From a virus (lineage: Duplodnaviria > Caudoviricetes): a stretch of DNA of 49,580 nucleotides. Positions 18,175 through 28,259 of the stretch are shown one piece after another. The notes beneath the pieces were generated by a model. It worked only from the letters and a program-made list of their open reading frames with translations. It was not told the DNA's origin and did no database searches. Position 1 is the stretch's first letter; each line of letters begins with the position of its first letter. The position numbers and the translations under genes are program-made. The stretch lies in IMG/VR virus record IMGVR_UViG_3300010366_000003, positions 1-49,580 of that record. One strand, given 5' to 3'.

Positions 18175-19086
18175 ATGACATTCGGATTCATCCCTATAGG
18201 ACCGTGGAGCGTCGTCAAGCCCCCGCAGTATGTGGAGGAAACGACGATCGGAGTCCCGCCAGCAAGTCCGGTCTTCAAGATGGCCGGCAATTTATCGACC
18301 CTTGCGGTCAGCAGAACGGATCAAGTATTAGACACGCGCTATGTAGGCAGTCGAGACGTACAATCAGAAGTGCAGCTCGGCATCGAGCACGGCATCGATC
18401 TATCCTACATACCAAGCGACATAACGCTAATGAAATACGGGACAGAGTACCCCGTCGGCGTAGGCACGTCAGCAGCTTCGCTTTGCTTTGTCGAGTCGGT
18501 GCTACTAAACGGAGTCGAAAAGTACGTCGAATTCCTCGGCTGCCTTTGCGACAAAATCTCTGTCAAAATTAGCAGAGCCGCCGGCTTCTCTGTCACTCAA
18601 AGCTTCTTTCCAAAGACGGCAGTCGACTACGCGGCCTCATTACAGGCCCCAATAACAACGCCCACGTTTGGCACACCGTCGGCTGCAGATCCTTGGACCG
18701 GCATAACCTCCGGGCAGGACCCCTTATCCTGGAACGGCGTTACCTATCCAATCAAGGACTTTAACTTCGACGTCAGCCAGAACGTCATTAAAGTCGAGAC
18801 CAACGGGACCGCATCATTTGAGTACGCAGCGCCAGGCAACCGAGACGTCACATTTAGCTTTGGCACGTGGACCAAAGACGGCACACTTTTGGGCGATATG
18901 AGCGGCCTTATCGACAGGACCATGATCTACACAATGGCCGTGGTTGCAGGGACGTACTACATAGCCACGTTCAACAACGCATCCATCAGAGACTACAAAT
19001 GGAGCCAGGCATCCGGCACCAACGATTTCGTGATGGAACAATGGACGGGGCGAGCTAGAGGCGTTACGCTATCATCACACACCTAG
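18175..19086 (+). CDS. Major tail tube protein
   Basis: ATG 18175; QYVEETTIGVPP, EFLGCLCDKISV and PGNRDVTFSF motifs typical of tail tubes; upstream of chaperone and tape measure genes. Confidence 0.8.
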   Translation: MTFGFIPIGPWSVVKPPQYVEETTIGVPPASPVFKMAGNLSTLAVSRTDQVLDTRYVGSRDVQSEVQLGIEHGIDLSYIPSDITLMKYGTEYPVGVGTSAASLCFVESVLLNGVEKYVEFLGCLCDKISVKISRAAGFSVTQSFFPKTAVDYAASLQAPITTPTFGTPSAADPWTGITSGQDPLSWNGVTYPIKDFNFDVSQNVIKVETNGTASFEYAAPGNRDVTFSFGTWTKDGTLLGDMSGLIDRTMIYTMAVVAGTYYIATFNNASIRDYKWSQASGTNDFVMEQWTGRARGVTLSSHT

Positions 19087-19101
19087 TAGTAGTAAACGCA
19101 A

Positions 19102-19266
19102 ATGGTCAGCGTCGTCCAGATAATCGAGATAATAGTGCTAGCCATACTAGCCTATTGGCTCTACATCGGCGTAAAGCGCAATGACAGGATAAGCATAATC
19201 ATAGCCGTCATTGCGATAATTGCCGTCATAGTGCTGCTAGCTGGGGCCGTCGTGAGCCTCACATAG
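19102..19266 (+). CDS. 54-aa two-TM membrane protein (holin-like topology)
   Basis: MVSVVQIIEIIVLAILAYWLYIGVKRNDRISIIIAVIAIIAVIVLLAGAVVSLT*; below the ORF-track cutoff. Confidence 0.7.
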   Translation: MVSVVQIIEIIVLAILAYWLYIGVKRNDRISIIIAVIAIIAVIVLLAGAVVSLT

Positions 19267-19274
19267 CCCGTTAA

Positions 19275-19288
19275 CTTCTCTTTTTTTA
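19275..19288 (+). terminator. Archaeal oligo-T terminator
   Basis: cttctctttttttt just after the stop at 19266. Confidence 0.55.
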
Positions 19289-19308
19289 GCGCAAGCTACA
19301 ACCAAGCG

Positions 19309-19935
19309 ATGTCTAGCGATAGCGCTCCAACAACAACAAAGAGCGAAGATAATAAAGAGAAAGGCAAGGACGACGATAAGGGCGTCCTATTCGATAAGCA
19401 GCAATTCCCCGGCTTTATCCAAAGCGAGTTTGATCGGTACTGGGGCACATTGTCGGCCGACAAGACCAAATACCTGGCAAAGCTCGCACTCAAGGACTCA
19501 TTCGAGATCGATGTATTCCCACCGACCCCGGAGCTTGACGACCCAGATGCCGACCTCCCGATAGGCGACGGAATAGCCGGCAAGCCCGTTAAGGAAACGT
19601 TTCGAGCAAACGATTGCACTACTCACCAGTGGAATATCATGCAGAACCTCAGAGCCGACCTAGCCACGGCAGAGCAAAACGCTCGCGACCGCGTCCTCAA
19701 TAGCGAACCGGGCAAAGGCGTGCCAGAAGACGAGATGAACAAGATCAGGACGTCCGTTATCGAGAAAGATGCACGGGCCTACTATTACATGTCAAAGATA
19801 TTCTTCCGAATGAGCAAGACCAAGTTTAACCAAGCAGACCGAACGCAGCTGCGCGATGCTTGCGACGCAATGAGCCACAGGACTATCATATCCGTCCCAA
19901 ACTCTCAGGGACAATCAAATCGCTCATATACCTAA
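19309..19935 (+). CDS. Tail assembly chaperone (gpG-like)
   Basis: Between tail tube and tape measure genes; slippery site near the 3' end. Confidence 0.7.
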   Translation: MSSDSAPTTTKSEDNKEKGKDDDKGVLFDKQQFPGFIQSEFDRYWGTLSADKTKYLAKLALKDSFEIDVFPPTPELDDPDADLPIGDGIAGKPVKETFRANDCTTHQWNIMQNLRADLATAEQNARDRVLNSEPGKGVPEDEMNKIRTSVIEKDARAYYYMSKIFFRMSKTKFNQADRTQLRDACDAMSHRTIISVPNSQGQSNRSYT

Positions 19936-20186
19936 GAGATGAGGCCGAAGAGCTTTCCAAAGAGCTTACGCCGCTTGAAACGAAATACGTGACAATGTTC
20001 GCATACTGGAAGAGGCTTAGGCTAATGCCGTGGCAATGGGGCCTAACAAAGGAGCCATGCGTCGAGCACATCAAAGCGCTCTATGAAATGGATCGCATGG
20101 TCCGAGACGCTGATAGGATGTATAAGGAAATGGGCAAGGATCAAGAACAACAACCACCAAGGAGGCCGCCACCAAAACTAAGATGA
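19896..20186 (+). CDS. Tail chaperone -1 frameshift extension (gpT-like)
   Basis: C CCA AAC at 19896-19902 leads into the -1 frame PKLSGTIKSLIYLRD...; LMPWQW motif typical of gpT parts. Confidence 0.7.
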   Translation, partial: PKLSGTIKSLIYLRDEAEELSKELTPLETKYVTMFAYWKRLRLMPWQWGLTKEPCVEHIKALYEMDRMVRDADRMYKEMGKDQEQQPPRRPPPKLR

Positions 20187-20560
20187 CCGTCACAATGGAG
20201 TGGGTAGGGCTAGACAAGATAGCCGCCGGCTTAGGCGAGGCTAAGACGCTCGTACAAAGCGAGGTAATACCGTACGCGTTACAGTACGCCATTAACATCG
20301 CACAGCAAGAAGCTAAGCAGGTTTGCCCGGTAAGAACCGGATTCCTGCGCAATTCAATTCATATCGAAAACACCGGCCCGACTGAAGTGAAGCTAGTGGC
20401 TAGTGCCTCATACGCCGGCTATGTCGAATTCGGGACTAGCAGGATGGCCGGCCGGCATTTCATGCAGTCGGGATTCATGACAGCTTACCCAGCGTTTCAA
20501 CAGGCTATCTCCATGAGGATAAGCGAAATGTTCGGCTTTACGGGCAGACACTTCGGATGA
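20183..20560 (+). CDS. HK97 gp10-like tail-completion protein
   Basis: CPVRTGFLRNSI...YAGYVEFGTSRMAGRHFM signature. Confidence 0.85.
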   Translation: MTVTMEWVGLDKIAAGLGEAKTLVQSEVIPYALQYAINIAQQEAKQVCPVRTGFLRNSIHIENTGPTEVKLVASASYAGYVEFGTSRMAGRHFMQSGFMTAYPAFQQAISMRISEMFGFTGRHFG

Positions 20561-20561
20561 T

Positions 20562-23500
20562 ATGAGCAGCGAGTACACAGCTACAGTCGTACTCCGGGGC
20601 GATGCTACGCAGCTAACTCAGGTCCTAGATCAGACTAACCAGAAAATTCAGCAATCCGGTGAGCAGACCCAGACAGCAGCGCAGAAATTTAACACGTTCT
20701 CGCAAAGCATGGTCGGCCTGGTCGGCGGCTTTACCGCAGTAAGCGCCGGCATCCTGGGGATGGTTACGTCTTACACGTCGCTAGAAAAAGCGCAGACTAT
20801 AGCTCAGCGGTCTTCGGATCGACTCAATCAGGCCAGGATTACCGAGCAACAGCTGCAGGCCAAGGTTAACGAAATGCAGGCTAAGGGACTGACTGGCACG
20901 GAGGCGTACAACCTGACGCTGCAAAAGCTAGAGCTGCAGCATCACAAGGTCCAGACGGCCCAAGAGACTGCAACCATAGCCCAACAACGCGCTAACGAGG
21001 CGATGGCTAACTTTGCCACGCAGATAGCACCGCAAGCTTTGTCCGTAATAGGCGGCCTTGCGTCCGCAATATCGTCGGCCCCAGGACTTTGGTCGAAGCT
21101 GCAAGGTTCGATAGGCGGCGCTGGCGGCGGCCTAACGTCATTCATTACCGGGCCCGTTGGCATTGCCTTAATCGGTATCGGCGCCCTTGCCACGGTCCTA
21201 ACCCTGGTAGCAACGAACGCCTTTGGTTTCAGAGATGCACTAAACGCAGCGGGCAAAGCAATAGGCGACGCCGTGCCGTTCTTGCAGCCGCTTCTAATCG
21301 CAATAAAGGCTCTGGGCGAACAAGTCGGCCTCACCGGCAACGACACAAAACAGGGCTTTAACGGCATGAATCAGGACGTCGTGAACTTTGCGACCGAGTC
21401 AGGCGACAACCTGAGAAGATGGATTCAGCAGATCAATTCGCTGGGCACCGATCTTCGTACCGAGAACTATCAGAAGTTTTGGCTTGACCTCGGCAAGATG
21501 ATGGCCGATAACAGCGCGTCCAACGTTAAAGGCATGCAGCAAATGTGGGCCGCCATGCTTGTGGACTTTAACAACTTCGTCGACGGCCTCAATAAAGGAC
21601 TTCACGCATTAGGCGGCGTCGTCCAGGCCGGCTTCCAGTTGGCATTCGGAGGACTCGCGTCGTGGTTCGAAACCACCGTCATTAGTCCAATATCCAAAGC
21701 CTGGGACGCGCTAATTGCTAAGCTCTCGGCTCCCCTTCCCAAGGTTCCGCCTTCGCTTCTGGCTCCAATTCCCGGAGCAGAGAAGCCGATCCCCGCTATC
21801 TGGGAAAAGGGAGGAGGTATATTCCCAGCTGGTCCGCCGCCCCCCCCTCCGCCCACAATAACCGGCGTCGGTGGCGGCGCTGCCGGCGCTGGTGGAGGGG
21901 TTACAGCAGCCGTTACCGCTGTCTCCCCCACCGTAACCGCTACGGCCACCGCTATGACTGGTCTTGGGGGAGCGATTGATTACGTCTCGGCGTCCTCGCT
22001 CAAGCTCATATCGACGAACGCCGCCACCACCAAAAGCCTGACCGATACCCAGGTAGCGACTAACAAAGCGTATAACGAGGCCCTCAAGTTCGCCCAGGTT
22101 CACAACATGGTAATCCCCGCGGCAATGCTCAAGTCCGCCGCGGCCCAAGGCAGGGGCGAAGAGGCCCTAATCTCCTATGTCAACGCACACAAGGATTACC
22201 AGCTTGAGCTAGACAAGGTGAACGCCTCAAACGCAAAGCTGCAGCAACAGATCACGGCCACGAGCGAGAGACTGACCACGGGCAGGGCCGCGCAAGAAGA
22301 TTACACAGCCGGCGTACTTGAACAAGAGGCAGCGCTCCAAGCAATGCAGGAGCAACACCTGAAAAGCGCCGGGAGTCTTGCCACGCTAGAGGCCCAGATA
22401 AAGAGCGGAGCAATAACAAACGCAGCGTACGCTCAGGGAATAGACGAGCAACGCAAGGCTTTTCTTGATTCCCAGGTCGCAGTCGCAAAGAGTGCCGGAG
22501 CAGTAGCCGAGTACACAAACGAGGTCCGTACCGGCGTACCTCAGATTGTCGCCTTCAAACAGGGAGCAATAGACGAGGCAAAGGCGTTACTAGATCAGCA
22601 AGTCGCCCTCTCTAATACCGCGGGCAAACAGGCCGAGCTAAGCTTTGCGCTATCCACAGGCAGGGCTCAAGCCATTGCATGGACTGACGGCATGCTCCAG
22701 GGCCGGGCGGCATTGCAGCAGCTCGCCGTCGACACCGATACTTTGCGCGGCAAGCTCTTCTCGATGGCTGCGGACCTGAAATCAGGAGCAAGCGAGTTCT
22801 TATCCTATCAAAAGGGACTAGCCGAGGGCGGACTTGCCTTCGTCGACTTCATGAACAAGGCAAGTGAGGCAGCCGCGCAAAATCAGGTCTTCGATAGATC
22901 AATCGCCGACGCCGCCAATAAGCTAGGCTTCCTAAGCTCTGGACTTGAAGCGAACACGAAGAATCAAGAGGACTGGATCGCAGCAATGAAGGGCGATCCT
23001 GATGCAATTGACAAAGTCAACGCCGCCCTGAAGGCGATGGACGACAATCTGCAGAAGCTAGGGCAGGGCTTTATCGATCAGGCCGGCAAGGCCAAGACGT
23101 TCAAGGAATTTCTAAAGGGGCTCGATCCCGCGATACGCGCAGCTATTCCGAAGGACATCGAGAAAGACCTGTTCAATATAGGCCACGCCCAGGAGGCCGC
23201 TAAGGGATGGTTCGGCGCTATAGAGGGCATCCTATCCGGAGACGGCCGTGCGGCGCTAGAACGAGCGATCCCAGCCATGGAGCAGGGCATGATGTCGCAA
23301 TTCAGTAAATGGGGGCCGGACGCGACTGCAAAACTGCAGCCATTCTTTGACGTTCTAAATCATCCGGAACGATATGCAACCGACGCAGCATGGGGCGCGG
23401 CAATACAGAAGGCGTACGAAGCGATGCTCGCCCCGGTTGGCAAGTCGAACGAGCTCGTCAAGTCGCTCGGATCAAACGCGCAAAGCACTCAGGGCGTCTT

Positions 23501-24626
23501 TAGCGGAGCGATGGATCAAATGTCCGGGAGCGTCAAGAAATTCTCCGACGCGTTTGTCGCTAACATGGCCAAGGTGAACGCGATGGCCCCCTCGGCCCGG
23601 GGCGGTTGGGGGTTAGGTACGATAGGGGCGGCAATGGCAGCAGGCCAAGCAACCGCCGCGCCCGCGAAGCCCACCGGTGCAGCGACCCCGATCGACACTA
23701 CCGCAGCGACGGCCGCTCTTAAGGCCCTGCAGGCGGAAGCCCAGGCAATCTTTAACAATATTGCCAAGATGGCCCAGGGAGCAAAGGACCAGATCAATGC
23801 GTTTTTTCTACAGGCAGCAAAGGACGTCGACGGCTCGCTAAGGGGATTGATGGCGAACGCTCAGGCCATCTTTAACAACATAGCGGCAATGCCCCCAGGC
23901 GTAGCCTCATCGATGAACAGCAACTTTGCCTCGGGAGCTAAAGACGCAGATGGCTCGCTGCAGGGGCTTCAAGCAAACGCCCAGGCCATCATGAACAACA
24001 TCGCAAAGATGCCGACCGGCGTAGCCGCGTCATTGAATAAAAATTTCAATACAGGCGCTAACGACGCAGCCGGAGCACTCAACAACCTGCAGAACAAAGC
24101 CCAGGGCGTAATGAATAATATCGTAGCCGCCGCCCACAGCGCGGCCAACGCGGTCGCAGCAGTAGGCACAGCAATAAGAAACCTGCCAAACAAGACCGTC
24201 ACGATAACGGCCAACACCTCGCAAGCGATGTCGGCGATTCACTCAGTCCAATCAGCAGTCGACAACCTACACGGCAAGTCGATAACCGTGTCCGTGGGCC
24301 TGACGGGCCCAGGCGTGGGCTTCCTGCAACACGGCTTCCACGGCGTCGTATCGTCGCCTCACCTATTCATGATAGGCGAAGCAGGACCCGAACGAGTAGA
24401 CGTATCGCCGATCCCCTCGGGACATCCCACCGAGACGCCGACATTCGATAGGACCGTGAATTTAATTCCGGCCCTTCAAGGAGGGGGCGCGAGAGCCGCG
24501 ACCGGAGTAGGAGCAGGAGCGGCAGCGGCGCTAGGCAGAGAAATCACGATAATAGTCAACCTAGCCGGCCGAGAAATCTGGCGCGAGGTCAGAAAGAACA
24601 TTTTCGAGGACATTAGCCAGTTTTGA
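20562..24626 (+). CDS. Tape measure protein
   Basis: 1354 aa, Ala/Gln-rich and helical; repeated LQANAQAIFNNIA segments; C-terminal GG.V..P.L.MIGEAGPE motif. Confidence 0.92.
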   Translation: MSSEYTATVVLRGDATQLTQVLDQTNQKIQQSGEQTQTAAQKFNTFSQSMVGLVGGFTAVSAGILGMVTSYTSLEKAQTIAQRSSDRLNQARITEQQLQAKVNEMQAKGLTGTEAYNLTLQKLELQHHKVQTAQETATIAQQRANEAMANFATQIAPQALSVIGGLASAISSAPGLWSKLQGSIGGAGGGLTSFITGPVGIALIGIGALATVLTLVATNAFGFRDALNAAGKAIGDAVPFLQPLLIAIKALGEQVGLTGNDTKQGFNGMNQDVVNFATESGDNLRRWIQQINSLGTDLRTENYQKFWLDLGKMMADNSASNVKGMQQMWAAMLVDFNNFVDGLNKGLHALGGVVQAGFQLAFGGLASWFETTVISPISKAWDALIAKLSAPLPKVPPSLLAPIPGAEKPIPAIWEKGGGIFPAGPPPPPPPTITGVGGGAAGAGGGVTAAVTAVSPTVTATATAMTGLGGAIDYVSASSLKLISTNAATTKSLTDTQVATNKAYNEALKFAQVHNMVIPAAMLKSAAAQGRGEEALISYVNAHKDYQLELDKVNASNAKLQQQITATSERLTTGRAAQEDYTAGVLEQEAALQAMQEQHLKSAGSLATLEAQIKSGAITNAAYAQGIDEQRKAFLDSQVAVAKSAGAVAEYTNEVRTGVPQIVAFKQGAIDEAKALLDQQVALSNTAGKQAELSFALSTGRAQAIAWTDGMLQGRAALQQLAVDTDTLRGKLFSMAADLKSGASEFLSYQKGLAEGGLAFVDFMNKASEAAAQNQVFDRSIADAANKLGFLSSGLEANTKNQEDWIAAMKGDPDAIDKVNAALKAMDDNLQKLGQGFIDQAGKAKTFKEFLKGLDPAIRAAIPKDIEKDLFNIGHAQEAAKGWFGAIEGILSGDGRAALERAIPAMEQGMMSQFSKWGPDATAKLQPFFDVLNHPERYATDAAWGAAIQKAYEAMLAPVGKSNELVKSLGSNAQSTQGVFSGAMDQMSGSVKKFSDAFVANMAKVNAMAPSARGGWGLGTIGAAMAAGQATAAPAKPTGAATPIDTTAATAALKALQAEAQAIFNNIAKMAQGAKDQINAFFLQAAKDVDGSLRGLMANAQAIFNNIAAMPPGVASSMNSNFASGAKDADGSLQGLQANAQAIMNNIAKMPTGVAASLNKNFNTGANDAAGALNNLQNKAQGVMNNIVAAAHSAANAVAAVGTAIRNLPNKTVTITANTSQAMSAIHSVQSAVDNLHGKSITVSVGLTGPGVGFLQHGFHGVVSSPHLFMIGEAGPERVDVSPIPSGHPTETPTFDRTVNLIPALQGGGARAATGVGAGAAAALGREITIIVNLAGREIWREVRKNIFEDISQF

Positions 24627-26428
24627 GTAGCTCCTTCAACCTTAACGCGTACTACAAACTCTACAGCCCCAAGCTAGAAATCTACGATAAGGACTGGGGG
24701 CTGATATTCACCTACGACAGCTTCGCAAGCAGCAACCCGATTAACCTGGAATACCTGGACTGCGAAAACGCCGTCGGCTCCGCGGGCACATGGTCATGCA
24801 TCATAAACGACTACGATCGAGTGCTGGACAGAAATACGCTAGGCATGAGCAACCGCGTCATGATCTACAAGGGCCAGGACGCAGCGCATTACAGCCGGGT
24901 CTTTAGCGGCGTCTGCCGCTACGACGAAAATATACGCAACCGCGGCGATGCCTTAAGCTATCTCCTGACCGGTTACGGGAGCCAATACATAGTTAACGAG
25001 CGTGTCGTTAATTTTGCCAAGTCAGCCCCGCAGAAAGCTTCGCTAACAAGCACGGGGGGCTTTGTGTTTGATCCTAGCATGCAAGCTAACAATATCGTGA
25101 CGTCAATAATCAGCGATCCCACGTCGCAGCCAGTCGCGCATCCTACTATAGCAGAGTCCGGAGGCTTCACCGACCTGTCGGGCATCGAGGACCGCGTCGA
25201 TAATTTCCTACCCGCTATTTACCTGCCATACATCGACGGCAATTCTGCGCTAGACCAGATCACAAGTCTGATCGGGGCCGAGTGGGGAGTCGATAAGGAC
25301 AACCGCTTTTATCTACGCTTCCCGGACACGGGAGCCGACGTCGATACTATCATAATAAAATCCGCGCCCGACTACGTCAATGATGACCCAACGCTTACAT
25401 CGTACATGATAGGAGGCGAGCAACGCTATGGCCGCTCGATGCGAAAAGAGGACGGCTTTGCTAATCGCCTCTTTGCTTTAACATCAGCGCAGTCCGTCGT
25501 TAACTCTGCAAGCAATGCAACGGGCGGATCTGAGACTTTGCACGACAAGGGCATCGCTCAAATGGTCATACCAGGCTCGCAAAAGTTCCGCGATCTCGCC
25601 CTGTCATTAAGCAGAGTAGGAGCGCCCGATACGTCAAGCGATCCCTATTTGCACGGCTCAATAGTGCTCGACGACGGGGCAGAGAGCCCTAACATGAAGG
25701 CCAAAGTCGGCCAATTCGATATTCTCCTTGAAAATATACCAAGCGGTTCGCAAGCCGGCACGGTCTACAGCTTCAACGTGACCTACGCCGACAAGGTCCA
25801 CGTCGTACCGAACCTAAAATATTGGATAATATTGCATCAGATAGGCGTGCTAAACGACCAGAACAACACAGTACGCTGGTACCACAATAATGACTTTGAT
25901 ACGCCCGACCAGTTTAGCGCAGTAAAATCTCCTGGCACGGTCGACGACGACACCAACGAAGAGATAGGCTGGGTAGTCAATGACACGGGCCCGACATATT
26001 CCTACGCAGCTTTCTCGTCGCTGACGCATGTTAGCGTAGCCTGGGACGCCCGCAGCATAGACCGCTGGGGATTGGTAGACGGCTTCGTAAACAACCAAGC
26101 AATATCAGATTTCGACACAATGAACCGCTACCTTTACGCCATCCTGCAGTTCAGCGCAAAGCCAAAGCTAATTTACAACCTCACTCAATGCACTATGCCC
26201 TTGGGCAGCGACATTATCCCCGGCCAGCTTGTGCAGATAGTCGACGACGTCTCCGGTCTCACGGCCCTAAAGCAGCGCTACGCCGAGGTTATGAGCGTTC
26301 GCTATGAGTGGGGATCAAAGGGCGGAAGCGCCGCCACAGGCAGCACGGCAGCCGGCATAAGCTCTTCCACTGTCTCGCTCTTAGGATATTACGACTTTCT
26401 TAGGGAAGAACCCCAGCCGGTGGTATAG
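24623..26428 (+). CDS. Tail tip / baseplate hub protein
   Basis: Directly after the tape measure gene; RVFSGV, ALDQITSLIGAEWGVDKDNRFYL and IIPGQLVQI hub motifs, with an inserted beta domain. Confidence 0.7.
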   Translation: MSSSFNLNAYYKLYSPKLEIYDKDWGLIFTYDSFASSNPINLEYLDCENAVGSAGTWSCIINDYDRVLDRNTLGMSNRVMIYKGQDAAHYSRVFSGVCRYDENIRNRGDALSYLLTGYGSQYIVNERVVNFAKSAPQKASLTSTGGFVFDPSMQANNIVTSIISDPTSQPVAHPTIAESGGFTDLSGIEDRVDNFLPAIYLPYIDGNSALDQITSLIGAEWGVDKDNRFYLRFPDTGADVDTIIIKSAPDYVNDDPTLTSYMIGGEQRYGRSMRKEDGFANRLFALTSAQSVVNSASNATGGSETLHDKGIAQMVIPGSQKFRDLALSLSRVGAPDTSSDPYLHGSIVLDDGAESPNMKAKVGQFDILLENIPSGSQAGTVYSFNVTYADKVHVVPNLKYWIILHQIGVLNDQNNTVRWYHNNDFDTPDQFSAVKSPGTVDDDTNEEIGWVVNDTGPTYSYAAFSSLTHVSVAWDARSIDRWGLVDGFVNNQAISDFDTMNRYLYAILQFSAKPKLIYNLTQCTMPLGSDIIPGQLVQIVDDVSGLTALKQRYAEVMSVRYEWGSKGGSAATGSTAAGISSSTVSLLGYYDFLREEPQPVV

Positions 26429-26433
26429 AATAG

Positions 26434-27066
26434 ATGACCGCAGAGGTAGCCGGCGACGATAAGAACCCGGTAATAACCAACTACTCGATAATGACCTTGT
26501 CAGGGATAGACATCGCCGCATCATGGCGGCTAGAGGACAAGGCGATCGTACTCGACGCCATAAGGCGAGCCAAGTACGACCCGATCCAGGCGGTAGGCTT
26601 CTATAATGCTCTCGTCGCCGCCCTTCACGGACAGTGGAGCGCAGCGAAGCCCGAACGCATCGGCTTTACCACAAACAAGATGACTGACAACGGCATACAA
26701 CGGCACGGAGAACTCGTCTGCATGAAGACCAGCAAGCTCTTTACCTATTTTGCAATAGGCACGGGCAGCAGTCCAACGACATCGCAGAGCAGCGCCCTGG
26801 ACGCAGAGATAGGCCGGTCATACATGGACAGCGACGACGGCTTTAGAGTCGCAGCTGGCAGCGACATCATAGAATGCGGCTATTTCGACGAGACATATCC
26901 AAGCTTCACCGCTAGCGAATCAGGATGCTTTGACGGCGATGGCACAGATCCCAATTCCGAGATAATGGAGTGGCGGGCCGTCTATCCGACAAGCCAGCAA
27001 ATAGCTCATACCCAGAACGTCAACTTTATGACGTATATCCATACGATAGTTATGCGGGCAATTTAG
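26434..27066 (+). CDS. Baseplate / tail-fibre attachment protein
   Basis: YFAIGTGSSPTT..SALDAEIGR...ESGCF motif of tail-collar/fibre N-terminal domains. Confidence 0.65.
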   Translation: MTAEVAGDDKNPVITNYSIMTLSGIDIAASWRLEDKAIVLDAIRRAKYDPIQAVGFYNALVAALHGQWSAAKPERIGFTTNKMTDNGIQRHGELVCMKTSKLFTYFAIGTGSSPTTSQSSALDAEIGRSYMDSDDGFRVAAGSDIIECGYFDETYPSFTASESGCFDGDGTDPNSEIMEWRAVYPTSQQIAHTQNVNFMTYIHTIVMRAI

Positions 27067-27069
27067 CGC

Positions 27070-28242
27070 ATGAGCACAAACATACCGACGGAAGTCAGGC
27101 GAATAAGCGATGCTCGCTCCCGCCTAAAATCGATAATCGACCAGCAAGCAAGGGCACAGGCCGCGCTATTATCCCCGGACAATTTCAAGTTTCAGGTCAA
27201 CGCAACGCTGGCACAAAGCGACCTCGGACTCACCGACGATATAACGATAGACGCGCAGGGCTCCGCGGCAGTCTCAGGACTGGTCCCACCACAGGCCCCA
27301 ATAGAGCCGGACCTTGCAACCCTAAAGCTCTGGATGCCATTTTCAAACCTAGGCAACCAAGACGACCTCGCTTTGATGGGTAACACTGGTCATACTAGGG
27401 GCGCCTGCACTCTAGTTACCGGTCCGCCGGGCAATGGCAACGGCCTGATCGGTGGCTCTCGGGCAATATTCTTCGATGGCTCTACTTGTTACCTGGACGT
27501 GCTCGACGACCCCGACATCGCAATGCCCGCGACCGGCGGCTTTAGCTTCTGCGTCCGTATCAATATCACGTCGTACACCCAACAGATCGATAACTCTAGT
27601 CCGGATCTCAGGACTATAGCCTGTAACACCGACGACGCAAACAACGCCTGGGAGCTAATATTATCCAGGACAAACGGCGACATCTTATTTCATGTGAAAA
27701 AGGGCGGCACCGAGTACAAGATAAAGTCGACCGGCGTCGCGCTAAACACATGGTACGACATCGTCGTCACTTTTGCGGTCACGGGCAACGTCGCCACTAT
27801 TTACAGGAATAATGTCGCCTACACAACGGCCGACACAACCGCATCGCAGTACCCGCCTACAACGGACCTAAACCTGCACATCGGCCGCTCCGATAATACG
27901 TTGATACCAGGCAACGAGTACGGCCTGGGCGGCGCTTTCGATCCCGTCTCGTTTGATTTCGCATCCTTCGATGCAAGCAATTACCTGGATCTCCTGCCAG
28001 GGACCGCGCCATTCGATCCGGTCTGCTTTGACCCAGTCTGCTACGACACTGATGCCGGCGCTCCTGGCGTCCCGCATTCGACCGTAAACGGGGCCTTCAA
28101 CGGCATGATGTACGATCCGAGGTTCTACAGCGTCGTGCTTACAGCAGCACAGGTTGGCTACCTCTACGCAAACAAGTTCTCGATAAGCAACATCTCGCTA
28201 GGGCAGGCCGCTAATTCGGGGTATTGCTTGTCTAAAAGCTAG
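27070..28242 (+). CDS. LamG/concanavalin-A-like minor tail protein
   Basis: AIFFDGS, FSFCVRIN, NTWYDIVVT, LHIGR, FNGMMYDPRFYSVVLTAAQV. Confidence 0.8.
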   Translation: MSTNIPTEVRRISDARSRLKSIIDQQARAQAALLSPDNFKFQVNATLAQSDLGLTDDITIDAQGSAAVSGLVPPQAPIEPDLATLKLWMPFSNLGNQDDLALMGNTGHTRGACTLVTGPPGNGNGLIGGSRAIFFDGSTCYLDVLDDPDIAMPATGGFSFCVRINITSYTQQIDNSSPDLRTIACNTDDANNAWELILSRTNGDILFHVKKGGTEYKIKSTGVALNTWYDIVVTFAVTGNVATIYRNNVAYTTADTTASQYPPTTDLNLHIGRSDNTLIPGNEYGLGGAFDPVSFDFASFDASNYLDLLPGTAPFDPVCFDPVCYDTDAGAPGVPHSTVNGAFNGMMYDPRFYSVVLTAAQVGYLYANKFSISNISLGQAANSGYCLSKS

Positions 28243-28259
28243 GACGCCGTCGATTCGTA

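Noticed and set aside
1955-19308. Possible late-promoter motif CAAG(A)CGAT upstream of 1981, 18175 and 19309
   Set aside because: Short, variably spaced and not distinguishable from chance by eye
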